Source of the DNA: Raja brachyura
Taxonomy: Eukaryota
Length of the DNA: 64,000 bases
Reading direction: 5' to 3'
Assembly: GCA_963514005.1 (NCBI GenBank)
Contig: OY740806.1
Coordinates: 36,022,001-36,086,000 of the forward strand
Shown here: piece after piece, positions 13,565 through 25,993 of the stretch
Layout: every line of letters begins with the position of its first letter
Numbering within the stretch: position 1 is the first letter of the stretch
Notes under the pieces: model-generated
Told to the model about the DNA's origin: nothing
The model's database searches: none
The model's input: the letters and a program-made list of their open reading frames with translations, nothing else
Program-made: the position numbers and the translations under genes

Positions 13565-14789
13565 TTCTAATGAAAACAAAATTGAATACTATATTATAAT
13601 ATTTACAATAAATCAGATCTATTTCTACATTCAAGTTTAATACCGTACATATATTATGCTTTCAAGTTATTGGTGTTCAAGGTGCTCTGGCCAACATTGG
13701 ATGTCAATCCATATTTTCAACACTGAAGGAGTTTAAGATCTCAACTTCTAACGCTCAAATTAAAACTTCTTATCCCTTTCTTACAAGAAAATGCAATGCT
13801 TGTTTCTGGACTTTATTGATTAAAGTGAATAGAAAAAAACATCACGTCAACCATATATAAATAAAGTTATATTTCATCCATTCTTCACATTTGTGGGCAA
13901 TTTATCGCCTATGAAGACAGGAAGGCTGGATTGCGGCTTTCTTGGAACTTCAATTCAAAGTCAGGCAATTCATGGGAGAAATTAGGAATATTGTTTATGC
14001 AAAGTGAATATAGGTGTGGAGGTACTTCTTGCAAAAACAAATGGGTGCTAACTAAATGAAAGTTAACTCTGAGATGAGTGGGCTTGGGTTAGGTAAGTGT
14101 TAGTGTGTTCTTTTCACAACTTCCCAATGCCTCAGTATTCCCTACCATGGTAACCCATCAAGCCTCTGGCACTCGGTAGTTCTGGGTTCCTGTGCAGTTG
14201 TCCCCTCTCAGCAGCTGTACCTTCTGCTGCCTGGTCTCCATTCTTTGGAGTCCTCTCCTTAACCTCTCCTCTAGCTCTCTCTTCTTTCAGAAAAAACTCT
14301 GTCTTTCACCCAATAGTTGAGCCCTGAGATCTCCTTATGTGCCTTGCTATTACATTTTGTTAGATAATTTCCCAATAAAGTGTCATGTGCGTTTTTGCTA
14401 CATCAAAGGGCTGTATAAATGCAAGTTGTTATCATTATAGGCAGCCCACATTTGAGGTCAATGAGGTAAAACAAAGCTGGAATTGGACTTGGAGGAAGGT
14501 GGTGAAAACTACGATAATGATAGGGCGCACAGCCAGGGACCAACAGCAGGGCACAGGTTTATAGAGTGAGTCTTTGCTTCATACAGCATGGAAACAGCAC
14601 TGAGTCCATACCATGCATCAAGCATCAATTTCATCTAATAATCATCACATTTTATTATCCTCACATTGCCGATGTAATCTCCTCAGATGCAGAGCACTCA
14701 CGCACGTAACAGGAGCTGTCTACAATGGCCACTAACCTGCATATCTTTGGGATGTGGGGGGAAAGCAGGAGCATCCATACAAATGTTGA

Positions 14790-15080
14790 AAGTTTAAGAA
14801 TAAGCGGTAAGCCATTTAGAACAGAGATGAGGAAATACTTTTTCTCACAGAGAGTGGTGAGTCTGTGGAATTCTCTGCCTCAGAGGGCGGTGGAGGCCGG
14901 TTCTCTGGATGTTTCAAGAGAGAGCTAGATAGGGCTCTTAATGATAGCGGAGTCAGGTGATATGGGGAGAAGGCAGGAACGGGGTACTGATTGGGGATGA
15001 TCAGCCATAATCACATTGAATGGCGGTGCTGGTTCGAAGGGCCGAATGGCCTACTCCTGCACCTATTGTCTATTGTCTAT
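14790..15080 (+). mobile_element. CR1 3' end
   Basis: FRTEMRKYFFSQRVVSLWNSLP; (CTATTGT)n tail. Confidence 0.88.
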
Positions 15081-16281
15081 AAAACACATAAGGCCACAGG
15101 CTTTTACAGGCCGTAGAATGAAGGAAAGGCACATTCTTAAAGCTTTTCAATAACTTTAAAAAGATCCATGATCCTTGGATTTGGCGTTTTTTTTAATGAT
15201 AATGTTTTGCTTTTTTTAAAAGATAATCAAGGTCTTTCAGAAGATGTGACCACACGATGGTGTCAGGGAGGTAGTGGAGTTGCAAGCTGAGTGATGATGT
15301 TGTCCAATATACAAGAAGGTTGAATTGCCACATGACTGCCTAATCTCATTCCTTCTGTCCTGATGCTCAATTGATATCAGTGACCATTGCAGGAGCCCCG
15401 ATCTGCACACTGACACTGAACAGAAGCAAGTCATATCCTGGCCAAACTCTGATGAGCAGCTACAGCCCTAGAGCCAGTCTATTCACAACCTTTGTTCATA
15501 GTGTATGGCCAACTGCTATTTGCTGCACTCTGTCCCATATTTGCCCGATTCTGTGCAAAAAGGCAGATTTTGAAATGCAAATGTTAAGGCATGTAAACTG
15601 AGTTTTGCATTAGTGTGCAAACAATATGGTGGGCCAGGGGTGCGTCTACAAGTCTAAACACCATTGGCCAATCCTTTCAACACACACACTCCCAGCCGAT
15701 ATTCACTGCCACTTGCACTCATTTGTACATCCTTTGAGTCTGTGGAAATTAAACTGTCTCTTCAAGTCAAAGAGCCACTAATAAGCATTTTTGAACCTTA
15801 ATGAACATGATTATTTTCTAAATTTCCAAAGAAACATACTGTATTTCAGGCTCTGTATCTTAAAACTAATTTTCAGTCATAATAAATTATGTTTTGCTGG
15901 ATCTCCAATTGAAAATCTCTGGCAAAACCTTTGAAAGGAGGGAGCATTTACATTCAGAGCCAAAGTCACATCCCAATAACCTTTGGATTCTGTAGGAATG
16001 TTCACAATAAAGTAACATGAAGTAGTGAAAGGCGGACAAAGTAGTCTGATCGACAAGGTGTGGCATCCCCAGTTGATGTGCGGAGAAATGTTCTCTGTGT
16101 TGATTGAGTTAACCTGCACTCCGCACCAACACAAACTCTCATCCCCGTAGCTACTCTCAGTGCCGGACAAGTGAAAGGCAAAGTCTCTCGCCCTGATGAA
16201 CTTCTTTTATAAAAGTGCCAGAGTCTGGGATGAACAATCATGGCCGGTAGTTGACTACGTATTCACTGTCGGTCATTGTCA

Positions 16282-16293
16282 TTACTTGTTACT
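16282..16293 (-). CDS. TMPRSS13: TMPRSS13-like terminal coding exon (SNK-stop)
   Basis: Strong acceptor ctaatgttttgccctttattttcacag|AGT AAC AAG TAA. A short last coding exon is typical of this subfamily. Confidence 0.65.
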   Translation of the reverse strand, partial: SNK

Positions 16294-17342
16294 CTGTGAA
16301 AATAAAGGGCAAAACATTAGATATGGGAAGATGCAATTGAACTCTGCACTTGTTCATATTCAGTAACAGTGGTTGACTTCATAAAATGATTAACAATGAA
16401 TGCTTTACACAATATGATAATCACTTCAGACTGAATAGAGAATTCATCCTGTTCAGACACACACCCTACACTCACTCCCTTGGAAATACCAACACATTTC
16501 GCCACCTGTCTTAATATAAATAACTTGCCTGGATACATGTTCCTTGGGCAACACTTGGAAAATTCTACAACATCCTAGCCGACTGGCAGCAAGACCAATC
16601 TAAATATTATATAATAAATATGAATACACTTTATACTAAATAATCTAAATATAAACATTCTCTCCTCCATGACCCGGTGTGTCTGCAGTGTGTTGACTGC
16701 ATTAACTCATCAAGATTTCTTCAAAGGTAGACACAAAATGCTGGAGTAACTCAGTGGGACAGGCAGCATCTCTGGAGAGCAGGAATGGGTGACGGTTTGG
16801 AAGAAGGGTCTCTACCTGAAATGTCACACATTCCATTTTTTTCAGGCCTGGGATTTCTACAAGAGCTATGGGTACCATCTGAAAATTCCTCTCCAAATCA
16901 CATACCAGCCTAACTCGCAAATACATTGCTGAATAATTTGGTATAATCCTTAATAGTAAGCCTGAGCATAGCAGCAGTACCATCACAGAGACATCTATCT
17001 TGTACCTTGCAACCATGTCCTAACCCATGCCCCACTCACTCTGAGCTACCTGTTCATTAGTTCCTAATGTATCTACAGCTCGATTTTAACAGCTGTCATG
17101 CATACAAACATCCCCAAGGCTTTGTCATTTTATCTCTGTGACCTCCTCCAGCCTCCTGTAATCCTCCAAGAGTTCCCTACTTTTCCAATTCTTGCCTTTC
17201 ACACATCCTGAATTTCCTTCACCCAACTATGGTCTGTTGACATTCTCGTGAAAACCCAGGGATATTTTAGTAGATTAAAGGAAGATCATTCTTATCACAC
17301 ACGATTTTCCATCATGAGCATAGGACTGGGTGCCATTGTTAC

Positions 17343-17495
17343 CTCCATTTGTGCGTAGGTCCATTGTATGTATTTCAGCATGTTTGTGTAAACACCCGGC
17401 TTGTATACGCGAGCACAACCATTGCCCCAGCTTGTAACTCCAGCGAGGTAATAGATGCCATCTGCTTTACATACCAAGGGCCCACCGCTGTCACC
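17343..17495 (-). CDS. TMPRSS13: TMPRSS13-like exon 12, catalytic Ser
   Basis: Encodes [51 protein letters not shown]; cctag| and GAG|gtaaca; 153 nt. Confidence 0.95.
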
Positions 17496-18170
17496 CTAGG
17501 TTTGAAAGAGAACATTTCCACAGTTAGTCTTAAGGGGATTGAAACATAGACCACGAGCACTATCGAAGGGCTTGCCGCTTGTTTCTAACACATTGGCATT
17601 TATTTCATATTGAACTGCTGGAAAGTTTAACCTTGTATTTGAAAGGTGAAGTATGATTACTTAGAACAGAACATGGAGGATTGGTAGGGGTTTTTTGCAC
17701 AGCCATTTTTATGCCTGATTAGACACTCCAGCACTCCTCGGGATGACCAAAGATTAGAGCATCAATTTATCTCAGTGATTGTACTGATTGTCCTCCGTGA
17801 CTCTGTCAAATGGCACTCTGTCATTCCTACGCTAGAACATCAGGGTTTCATGTTCCAGCTTCGAGAGTTGAGCACAAACGCTACCCTGTCCAGTGCAGAG
17901 TGGTGAGGGGCCTATGCCATCTGTGGTAGCAGTTTTTCCTGGGGCATTGAAACAATGTCTTTCAAAGTTGCCCTTACTCGTGCAATAATACAAGCTTCCT
18001 ATTTAAGGAATGTCGATCTCTGTGAATGAGATGAGTAAGGAACATCCAGTGATGCCCACCCCCATTGTCGTCAGCAAGCAGGCAATGATCAGACCCGGTA
18101 CGTTTGGGACTTCATGGTGGACCTCTAGTGCTGACAGACAGTGTGGATTTGCTAAGTTTCTAACTCGCAC

Positions 18171-18313
18171 CTGACAGGAGTCGATTCCCCCCATGAGATG
18201 GCCAGCACAGATCATGTTTTCTGTTATACGTCCACTGTAGATTTGTCTCGTGTTACACTTTGTTCTGCTGATGATGTTAACTGGAGCTTCCAGGAGGTTG
18301 TTAGAAGCCGATT
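18171..18313 (-). CDS. TMPRSS13: TMPRSS13-like exon 11
   Basis: Encodes SASNNLLEAPVNIISRTKCN...ITENMICAGHLMGGIDSCQ, with the S1 Asp present; tttcag| and CAG|gtgcga; 143 nt. Confidence 0.95.
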
Positions 18314-19122
18314 CTGAAATGAATGACACAGGGAATTACACTCAAGAGGTCGGACAGGCTGACTACCCAGCCTTGAACGAAACAGGCAAATTAATTAAAG
18401 TTGCTACATCAAACATCATTAGAGTAGCGAATGAGTATTATTATTGAAAATTAATGGCATATTACACACCTGGTAGTTCAAGCACACCTTTAACATATCA
18501 GAACAAACCAGGAACTTTCACAAAACATAATTATTTAAACCTACACACCTCGCCAATAAAAGTGATATTAGGACATAGGTTCATGATTATAAATCTGAGT
18601 CAAAGATTTTCAAAGGGGAAAGCGAGAGAGATTTAAGGAGGGGATGGCAGAGTTGAGGGCAACATTGGGAGCTAAAAGCAAGACCTTCAATAACCGGCAG
18701 ATCAAAATCAGGGATGTACGAGATATCAGATCTGAAGACACACCACAACCTCCAACACTTTGAGCTTAAGGGAAAATCCAACCCCATACCTTTTATTTAG
18801 TTATGGAGAGGTTTTGTACCTACATTTCAGAGTTTCCATTGATTCATTAAAACTGATGCCATTGACATGCCCTGACTAGAGTTACTGGTCAGAAATCAAC
18901 ATTTTTTTTTTGCAATGATAACTTCAGCTTTTAGCATTTCCCAATGAAGAAACAACAACCTTGATCCACATAAAAAAAGGCAAGGTCTTGTGAAGGAATG
19001 TTATTTTAAGAAGTTGCCACACTCTTCAAACCCCTTTGCAAAATGAGCAACGTTTATTTTGTCTAACTACGGTGATGCTGGCAAATTACAGACAGGACAT
19101 AAGAGGATGGAAACACAAGATG

Positions 19123-19907
19123 CCCACTGCATTGCCCCACTGCATTGCCCCACTGCATCGCCCCACTGCCTCGCCCCACTGCATTGCACCACTGCATTGC
19201 CCCACTGCATCGCCCCACTGCATCGCACCACTGCATCGCCCCACTGCATCGCCCCACTGCATCGCCCCACTGCATCGCCCCACTGCATCGCCCCACTGCA
19301 TCGCCCCACTGCATTGCCCCACTGCATTGCCCCACTGCCTCGCCCCACTGCATTGCCCCACTGCATTGCCCCACTGCCTCACCCCACTGCATTGCCCCAC
19401 TGCATCACCCCACTGCATTGCCCCACTGCATCGCCCCACTGCCTTGCCCCACTGCCTCGCCCCACTGCATTGCCCCACTGCATTGCCCCACTGCATTGCC
19501 CCACTGCCTTGCTCCACTGCATTGCCCCAGTACCTTTCCCCACTGCCTCGCCCCACTGCATCGCCCCACTGCATTGCCCCACTGCCTTGCCCTACTGCAT
19601 TGCCCAGTACCTTTCCCCACTGCATTGCCCCAATGCCTCGCCCCACTGCCTCGCCCACTGCATTGCCCCACTGCATTGCCCCAGTACCTTTCCCCACTGC
19701 CTCGCCCCACTGCCTCGCCCCACTGCATTGCCCCACTGCATTGCCCCAGTACCTTTCCCCACTGCCTCGCCCCACTGCATTGCCCCACTGCATTGCCCCA
19801 GTACCTTTCCCCACTGCCTCGCCCCACTGCATTGCCCCACTGCATTACCCCACTGCATTGCCCCACTGCCTCGCCCCACTGCATTGCCCCACTGCATTGC
19901 CCCACTG
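19123..19907. repeat. 13-bp minisatellite (ACTGCATTGCCCC)n, ~60 units, in intron 10
   Basis: Tandem units with variants ACTGCATCGCCCC, ACTGCCTCGCCCC and AGTACCTTTCCCC. It explains the repetitive ORFs in all frames. Confidence 0.97.
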
Positions 19908-19917
19908 TTTTACTTAC

Positions 19918-20016
19918 GTGCCATTTCATCCACAAGACCGAATCCTGTGATCCAGCAACTTGATCCATCGGGGAATTGCTGGTTGGCGGTTGGCAAACAG
20001 GCAGGCATGATTTTAT
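19918..20016 (-). CDS. TMPRSS13: TMPRSS13-like exon 10
   Basis: Encodes KIMPACLPTANQQFPDGSSCWITGFGLVDEMA; tttttcag| and C|gtaagt; 99 nt. Confidence 0.95.
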
Positions 20017-20590
20017 CTGAAAAATAAATGATGCATGACGCTACAGTAAAGATAACATGATTTCACAAGCATGTACGTTACAGCAGATCATTACGGGATT
20101 TCCCTGGCCTCCACAATAGACACCACCAGTCCCGATGTGTTTGGTCTAGTCGTGGTCTGATTTCACACCACTGTGGCATTTGTGCAAGATGTCACATTTG
20201 AGGAAACCAGCATCTCCAACGCTTCGAGATTAAGGGAAAATCCCACCCCATGTATTTTGTTGTTCAATGCTCTGAAAGCTGGCACAAGGTTCTGTCCATA
20301 GCCCCGTAGGGATCGTGGTGTAGAGGGATTGGGGTCAACCTCCACAAGGTTAGAACTTACAAAGGTCCCATTCACCAGCCCCTACAACCTCTCCTGTGAG
20401 AATGAGAATTTGCTCAAAATTAAGAATAATTGCTGTAATAACAAAATTGATTTCGGACATTGACTGGGTATCTCAGAAATGAATGTTAGGGTGATGGTCA
20501 ATATACAAAGGTGTGATACTTTAGAGGATTTGTGAGAATGCAACAAATGTGTCATTGGCCGTGGCCCAAGTGGCATCACCAGGACATTAC

Positions 20591-20769
20591 CTGTAAACGC
20601 CAATGGTCTGCGAAGCTTCAACAATGCAATGTCATTATCATTGGAGTCTCCATTGTAGTCCCTGTGCAGGATAATCTTTGAGATGAAACTCAGTTTGGCG
20701 TTTGAGAGTTTCCTTTGTGAAATGAAACCACTGTAGACTTTCCAATTGGACGTTTCAAGTGCTTCATCT
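20591..20769 (-). CDS. TMPRSS13: TMPRSS13-like exon 9, catalytic Asp
   Basis: Encodes DEALETSNWKVYSG...IILHRDYNGDSNDNDIALLKLRRPLAFT; ttgcag| and G|gtaatg; 179 nt. Confidence 0.95.
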
Positions 20770-21080
20770 CTGCAATGAAAGAAAGTCCAATGTCAGTTTC
20801 TAAGGCTTTGATTGATTCTCTCACTGGGTGATACACACCTTTCCTCCCCCAAACTAGTTGACCACAATGCCAAGCAGCATGAACACTCATGAAATGTCAG
20901 GGGTGCTCATTCAGCCTAATAGTAACCCTGACGATATCACTGAAGCCCCAAGCAGATATTTGATCCCAAGGACTAACAAGATATCAGTAAGCATATTCCC
21001 ACCAGGAGTCAAAGGCCATAAGGCAAAGCCTTTACATGTTTTGTACAGTTTCCTTGTGGGACTTGGAGGTTTTAGTGTTA

Positions 21081-21364
21081 AAAATACAGCGTAAAACAGG
21101 CCCTTTGGCCCACTGAGTCTGCGCTGACCAGCGACTTCCCATGCACTACTTCTATCCGACGCACTAGGGACAATTTACAGAAGCCAATTATTCTACATAA
21201 ACGTGCAAGTCATTGGAATGTGGGAGAAAACTGGAGCACCCGGAGAAAACCCATGCAGTCGCAGAGAGAACGTACAAACTCTGTACAGACAGAACCCATG
21301 GTCAGGATCGAACCCGGGTCGATGGCGCTGTGAGGTAGCAACTCTAAAGTAGCACTGTGCCGTC
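21081..21364 (-). mobile_element. tRNA-derived V-SINE (HE1-like), near full length, in intron 8
   Basis: B-box GGTTCGATCC, V-domain-like ttttctccgggtgctccagttttctcccac, and CR1-like 3' tail gggccaaagggcctgtt. Confidence 0.82.
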
Positions 21365-21452
21365 TTTTACATCGCGCTTCAACTCCCCCACCCTAGATCC
21401 TGTCCCCCTACTGCTCATTTTGCACTATAACTGAAGACTCATTTATACTCAC

Positions 21453-21618
21453 TCAAAGATGCAGTGATGTGCAGTGATCACCCAGTCCCGTGCAATGATG
21501 GTGCCACCACACACTGGGCGTGACTTGTAGTGGAGACTAACTTGCCATGGCCATTTCCCCGCTTGGCTAGCTGTTCCGCCCACAATTCTGGATGACGTCT
21601 TGTATCTTTTGCCACAAT
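21453..21618 (-). CDS. TMPRSS13: TMPRSS13-like exon 8, activation site and catalytic His
   Basis: Encodes [14 protein letters not shown]...WPWQVSL...CGGTII...VITAHHCIF; aatag|AT and GA|gtgagt; 166 nt. Confidence 0.95.
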
Positions 21619-22611
21619 CTATTTGCAAAGAGATAATATTCAAACAATTTAGTTTCTATTCTTTATTGTTCCTATGGATATTGATTGCATGCAGATAAGT
21701 TCCAAATTCATTATATGCCCCAGTCCATCATGGGCATAGCCCTTCCCTCCATTGAAATCATCTACATGACGTACTACTTCAAGTAGGTGGCATCTATTAT
21801 CAGGGATGCCCAGTCTCCGGGCCATGCCTTCTTCTCACTGCGACCGTTAGGCAGGAGGTACAGAGACTGAAGTCCCACATTAACAGGTTCAGAAATAGCT
21901 ACTTTCTACCACCGTCAGCCTCTTGAACCAACCTGCACAACGCTAACATTAGCTCAGCAACTGAACTCAATGGACCACCTCTGGAACTATCATGGACATG
22001 TTTCCTAATTGTATCTTACACTCAGGCAACACACAAAAACATAAGTTACACATAAACTCTACAAGACAGTGAAAAGCAAAAGACTAGCTTTTTTAGCAGT
22101 GTTTTTGTCTTGTAGAATGTATGGGTAGTTTATGTTTTACTCCACGGTCTGAGTCTGTGAACCCGTCTTGCTGCTGAGGACAACGACCTGGCTGCTCAAC
22201 ACCTGGATTGAGATCTAACTATTCCTTTGGTTTATGTTTCATTCGCAAGAAGAAGCTGCTGAAAGCCACATTGTCATCATACCTGGACCTCACTGCACTT
22301 GGCTAGGCTTGAATTATCATTGATATGTTTACCTGTATTGTGTCAACAAAATGGTTGACATTTAGTGGCAATGATATAAACCTGCATTATCAATGGATTA
22401 TAATAAGTAATAGCATCTTGAACAGGGTAGAGGAGGAGCATAGACTGCAACAGACAATGTAACGGGGATTTCATTACATTTCTAACCTGTGCTCAACCTA
22501 CCTAGTAAGTAGATAACACTAGCACCGTGTTTAGGATTCAATGAGTCCCGTTGCCCAGGATTGAAAGTTTTTAGAAATAAAATGATTTAGTTTGAGCATA
22601 ATTATGCTTAC

Positions 22612-22655
22612 CAACACATCGGAGACTGACGACATCTTTGGTCGGGCACTTGGAG
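22612..22655 (-). CDS. TMPRSS13: TMPRSS13-like exon 7 (44 nt), end of SRCR
   Basis: tttttcag|CTCCAAG...GTGTTG|gtaagc; encodes SKCPTKDVVSLRCV. Confidence 0.92.
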
Positions 22656-24303
22656 CTGAAAAAGAGGGCAAGTCATTAATGATCAATGAAATGAAAAATG
22701 GATCCATCACAGATCAATGTTACGCCCAAGCAGATTACAGCGCAGATTCATGTGACATAGGGCAAGGTCATTGCAGGGTAGTGTAACAGCCTGGTAGCTG
22801 TGATGTGTGTATTAACACACATGTGATGTGATACATGTGATATGTGTATTAAACACAAGGTGTATTCAAATCTGAGCATAAAAATGAAAACTATCCGCCA
22901 CAGATTCTTCAATCCTTTTTCGTGACTACATTCAAATTGTGACACTGTGTGTATTTGAGAAACAATGACTTCTCCTCAAACTGCAAGCAATGTCCTCTCC
23001 TGTAGACACTGATTCTCATGTTCAGTTTGTGGGCTTCAGTTATTTGCATCACATTTGCAATGGGGGCAGTAAGATAAACAAGCCCAACCAATGGAAATGT
23101 CTTTAGATGAACCAGTAAACCCAAGGCTGAGCCTAGAGCACTGGGGATGGGAAGGTTGCTTGTCCAGCTGAAGTTACATAGAACATAGAACAGTACAGAA
23201 CAAGAACAGGCCATTTGGTCCACAATGTCTGTGTTGAACAAGATGCCACATTAAACAAATCTACTCGACCTTTTGATGATCCTCCATTCCCTGCATATCC
23301 ATGTGCCTATGCAAAAGCCTCTTAGACCCCACTATCTGATCAGGCACATATCACCTTGTGTAAAAAACTTCAAGCACACATCTCCTTAAAACAATGCCCT
23401 TCTCAACTTAAAACTATGCCTTCTGGTCTTTGACATTTCAACCTGGGAAAAAGGTTCTGACTGTCTCCGCTATTCATGCCTCTCATAATGTTATAGACTT
23501 CTATCATGTCTTCCCACTGCCTACAACACTCCAGAGAAAACAACTTCTTAGCGTGACATTGGGTAGAACATAGAACCAAAGCCTGCTGCAGCCTGAGCTT
23601 CCTGGTCTTTGGGACCTCATCCGATACACTGAATGTTGATCTTCTCCATGGAGTCATTTGTCAGTGTCTTGACATTATATCTCCACGTGACAACTTAACC
23701 TCATAATTTAACCTCATGCAATTATTTGTATTTTCTTTCACTGGTTATTTTTGGTTCGGCCATATCACAATCTAGATAATTCTCTAGAGCTGAAAGACTA
23801 TATTCTACACTCTGGAATCTTCCCTATTCACTGCCTGTTGTACTTGTGTTTTGGATTGATTCTACTCATGTACAGTACGGTTTGACTAGATAGCGTACAA
23901 CCTAGCGTACAAATAAGAGAGAATGCAACAATATTTAACTGGAGGGCTTCCTGCCACACCCTGTACATCTGCTCCTTGTGTCCTGCGCGACTTTTACCTT
24001 CTGCAGGTGACAATAATAAACCAATGCCAATGCCTCGGTGTTCTGGTTCCTTCCGCATCCCAAAGACATAGGGTTGGTAGGTTAATTGGCTGCTGTAAAT
24101 TGCCCCTGGAATGTAGGTGAGTGGTGTCATCTGGGAGAGTTGATGGGAATGTGGGGAGGATAAAGTGGTGGGTTCCGTTTGTGGGATTAGTGTAGAGGTC
24201 ATCCTACACGCGGTTTGTTCCTCTGCTCTATGACCTGACGACAAGTCTCTCCAATGAGCTCAACAGCCCCTGTTCTTATTTTATTTAACAAACAGTAACA
24301 CAC

Positions 24304-24402
24304 CTGTAGGTCAGGATACTTTGCAGGTTGGTCAGTTTTTGTGCTTCGTTGATAACAAGGTTTGAAGAAGAGTCTCCAATCACACGCTTGGTTTGGTAAT
24401 AA
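24304..24402 (-). CDS. TMPRSS13: TMPRSS13-like exon 6, SRCR domain part 2
   Basis: ttttttcag|TTATTAC...ACCTACAG|gtgtgt; encodes YYQTKRVIGDSSSNLVINEAQKLTNLQSILTY; 99 nt, phase 2 to 2, fitting both neighbours. Confidence 0.82.
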
Positions 24403-25028
24403 CTGAAAAAACAATTGCACAAGATGATCTTCCAGTGGTCGAACAATATTGTATCCATTTAATCTGAAAGAATATAAATTATGCTACAGCACAACAAAAT
24501 GCTACCAAAGCCACTGCAGATGAATGTGCAGATACTCGCGTTCAGAGGCAAGGGGGGAGACTGCTGGAACTTAAGTGAGAATGCAATAACATGCCCTTAC
24601 GGTCAGTGAAGGATATGGGGGCAATCAGGGGCTGAGCAGGAAAGCTGCTCATTACAAGCATGATGGGTAAATCCAGCAACTGCAGGCCAATCAGAGGTGG
24701 CCAAAGTGTTGGAAAAGATAATCAGGGGTAGAACTAACAATCAGTTGGGCAAGTATGGTTTGATTACTAAAGTCCACATGTGCTTTTTAAAGGTTTTGAA
24801 TGACAATTGTGTCAAACTTTGCTTTGAATGGACCTTGACCTTCATGCAATTAACCCTTCACATTCTGTACCAATATTCAACTCCTGTCTGTCATAACTTA
24901 GCATCCCCATCATAGACGACTGCACCTCCTACAAGCCTCCAGTATCCCAACAGTCGGCCTTCCTGCTACACCCTGTACATCTGCTACTTGTATTCTGTAT
25001 GCCATGTCTAGATACTCGATCAGTGTAC

Positions 25029-25158
25029 CTTGTGAATCCCAGTTGTTGACATGTCTTGATTGCCAAAGCTTGACTCCAGTCTGTGTAACAAACAGGTGAC
25101 CATTGCTTTTGTTGCCACCCATAGACTTCCAGCTGTGATTCCATTCCGTTGAATCGCA
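25029..25158 (-). CDS. TMPRSS13: TMPRSS13-like exon 5, SRCR domain part 1
   Basis: ttccag|TGCGATTC...TTCACAAG|gtacac; encodes RFNGMESQLEVY...WSPVCYTDWSQALAIKTCQQLGFT; 130 nt. Confidence 0.92.
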
Positions 25159-25247
25159 CTGGAAGAGTAAATTAAGTAATGGTTTAATTAAGTTATTTCC
25201 CTTTAATGGAAGATGTTTAATGAATGAGTGTGGGTCAAGCAGCTTAC

Positions 25248-25358
25248 CACATCCCAGTTCATCACTGTTGTCATCACATTCACTGATGCCATTGCACCGG
25301 GTCACCGAGCTGGAGCAGCGGCTAATCGACTCTGTTGGACTGTCCATCATGAACTTGA
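25248..25358 (-). CDS. TMPRSS13: TMPRSS13-like exon 4, LDL-receptor class A-like module
   Basis: ctgctag|TCAAG...GGATGTG|gtaagc; encodes CSSSVTRCNGISECDDNSDELGC; 111 nt. Confidence 0.9.
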
Positions 25359-25888
25359 CTAGCAGGAGGAAGCAAAGTAACGTGTTGACATTGTGTCAGT
25401 ACATTATGAGATGTACATGTACTTGTGAGCGATTGTAAAGGACATTGTGGGGTGAGTAGGCAATTATTCCCCTGAATATCGACCATTATCTAATTGAATG
25501 GTGAGAACTGCAACAAGGGGGCTGGATGGTGTGTCTCTGTCCCCATGTCCTAGCTAGAATATGGCTAGCTGTTCAACTGACCCGAATCACCCATGGAGTG
25601 ACCAGTAATGTTGGAAATGAAGAACAGAAGTAGACAACTTCTTCTTATGATACAAACCCTCTATGTCAGTGAATGGCGGTTCCAGGGGATGAATGGCCTG
25701 CGTGTCCCTTGATTCCTGATATCCCTTCTGTACCATTAGGCAATGCCAAGTAACAGATGCATCTGCTGGACTGTGTGTGTGCTTCCCACTGGACCTACAG
25801 CTGTCCATTTTAGCCTCGTGTTCTTCAGTTACTGTCATCCACTCAACTATTCATGTTTAACCAACGTGACTAGTTTAAATTTACTTAC

Positions 25889-25993
25889 TAACAATCCAAG
25901 CACCAACGCCAACAATGGAAAGGCCCAGAAACAGAGAGATGATATAACAGTAGGTCTTCCTCTTTGGATTGCAGCATTGTGTAGATTTGGGAC
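25889..25993 (-). CDS. TMPRSS13: TMPRSS13-like exon 3, transmembrane signal anchor
   Basis: tttcag|GT CCC AAA...ATT GTT A|gtaagt; encodes PKSTQCCNPKRKTYCYIISLFLGLSIVGVGAWIV, a basic stretch followed by a hydrophobic helix; 105 nt, phase 1 to 1. Confidence 0.88.

Noticed and set aside
19123-19907. CRISPR-like array
   Set aside because: No unique spacers, no cas genes, and a eukaryotic context.
19036-20027. Repetitive His/Cys/Pro and Gly/Ala/Trp ORFs in six frames, tempting as the TMPRSS13 repeat tail or a novel protein
   Set aside because: Produced by a stop-free 13-bp intronic minisatellite. The unit is not a multiple of 3 and lies downstream of a canonical donor.
21290-21364. tRNA gene
   Set aside because: The tRNA-like boxes are the head of a SINE and continue into the V-domain and CR1-like tail.
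25889-25993. Alternative hydrophobic reading of exon 3 (VPNLHNAAIQRGRPTVISSLCFWAFPLLALVLGLL)
   Set aside because: Incompatible with the phase 1 junctions of exons 2 and 4.
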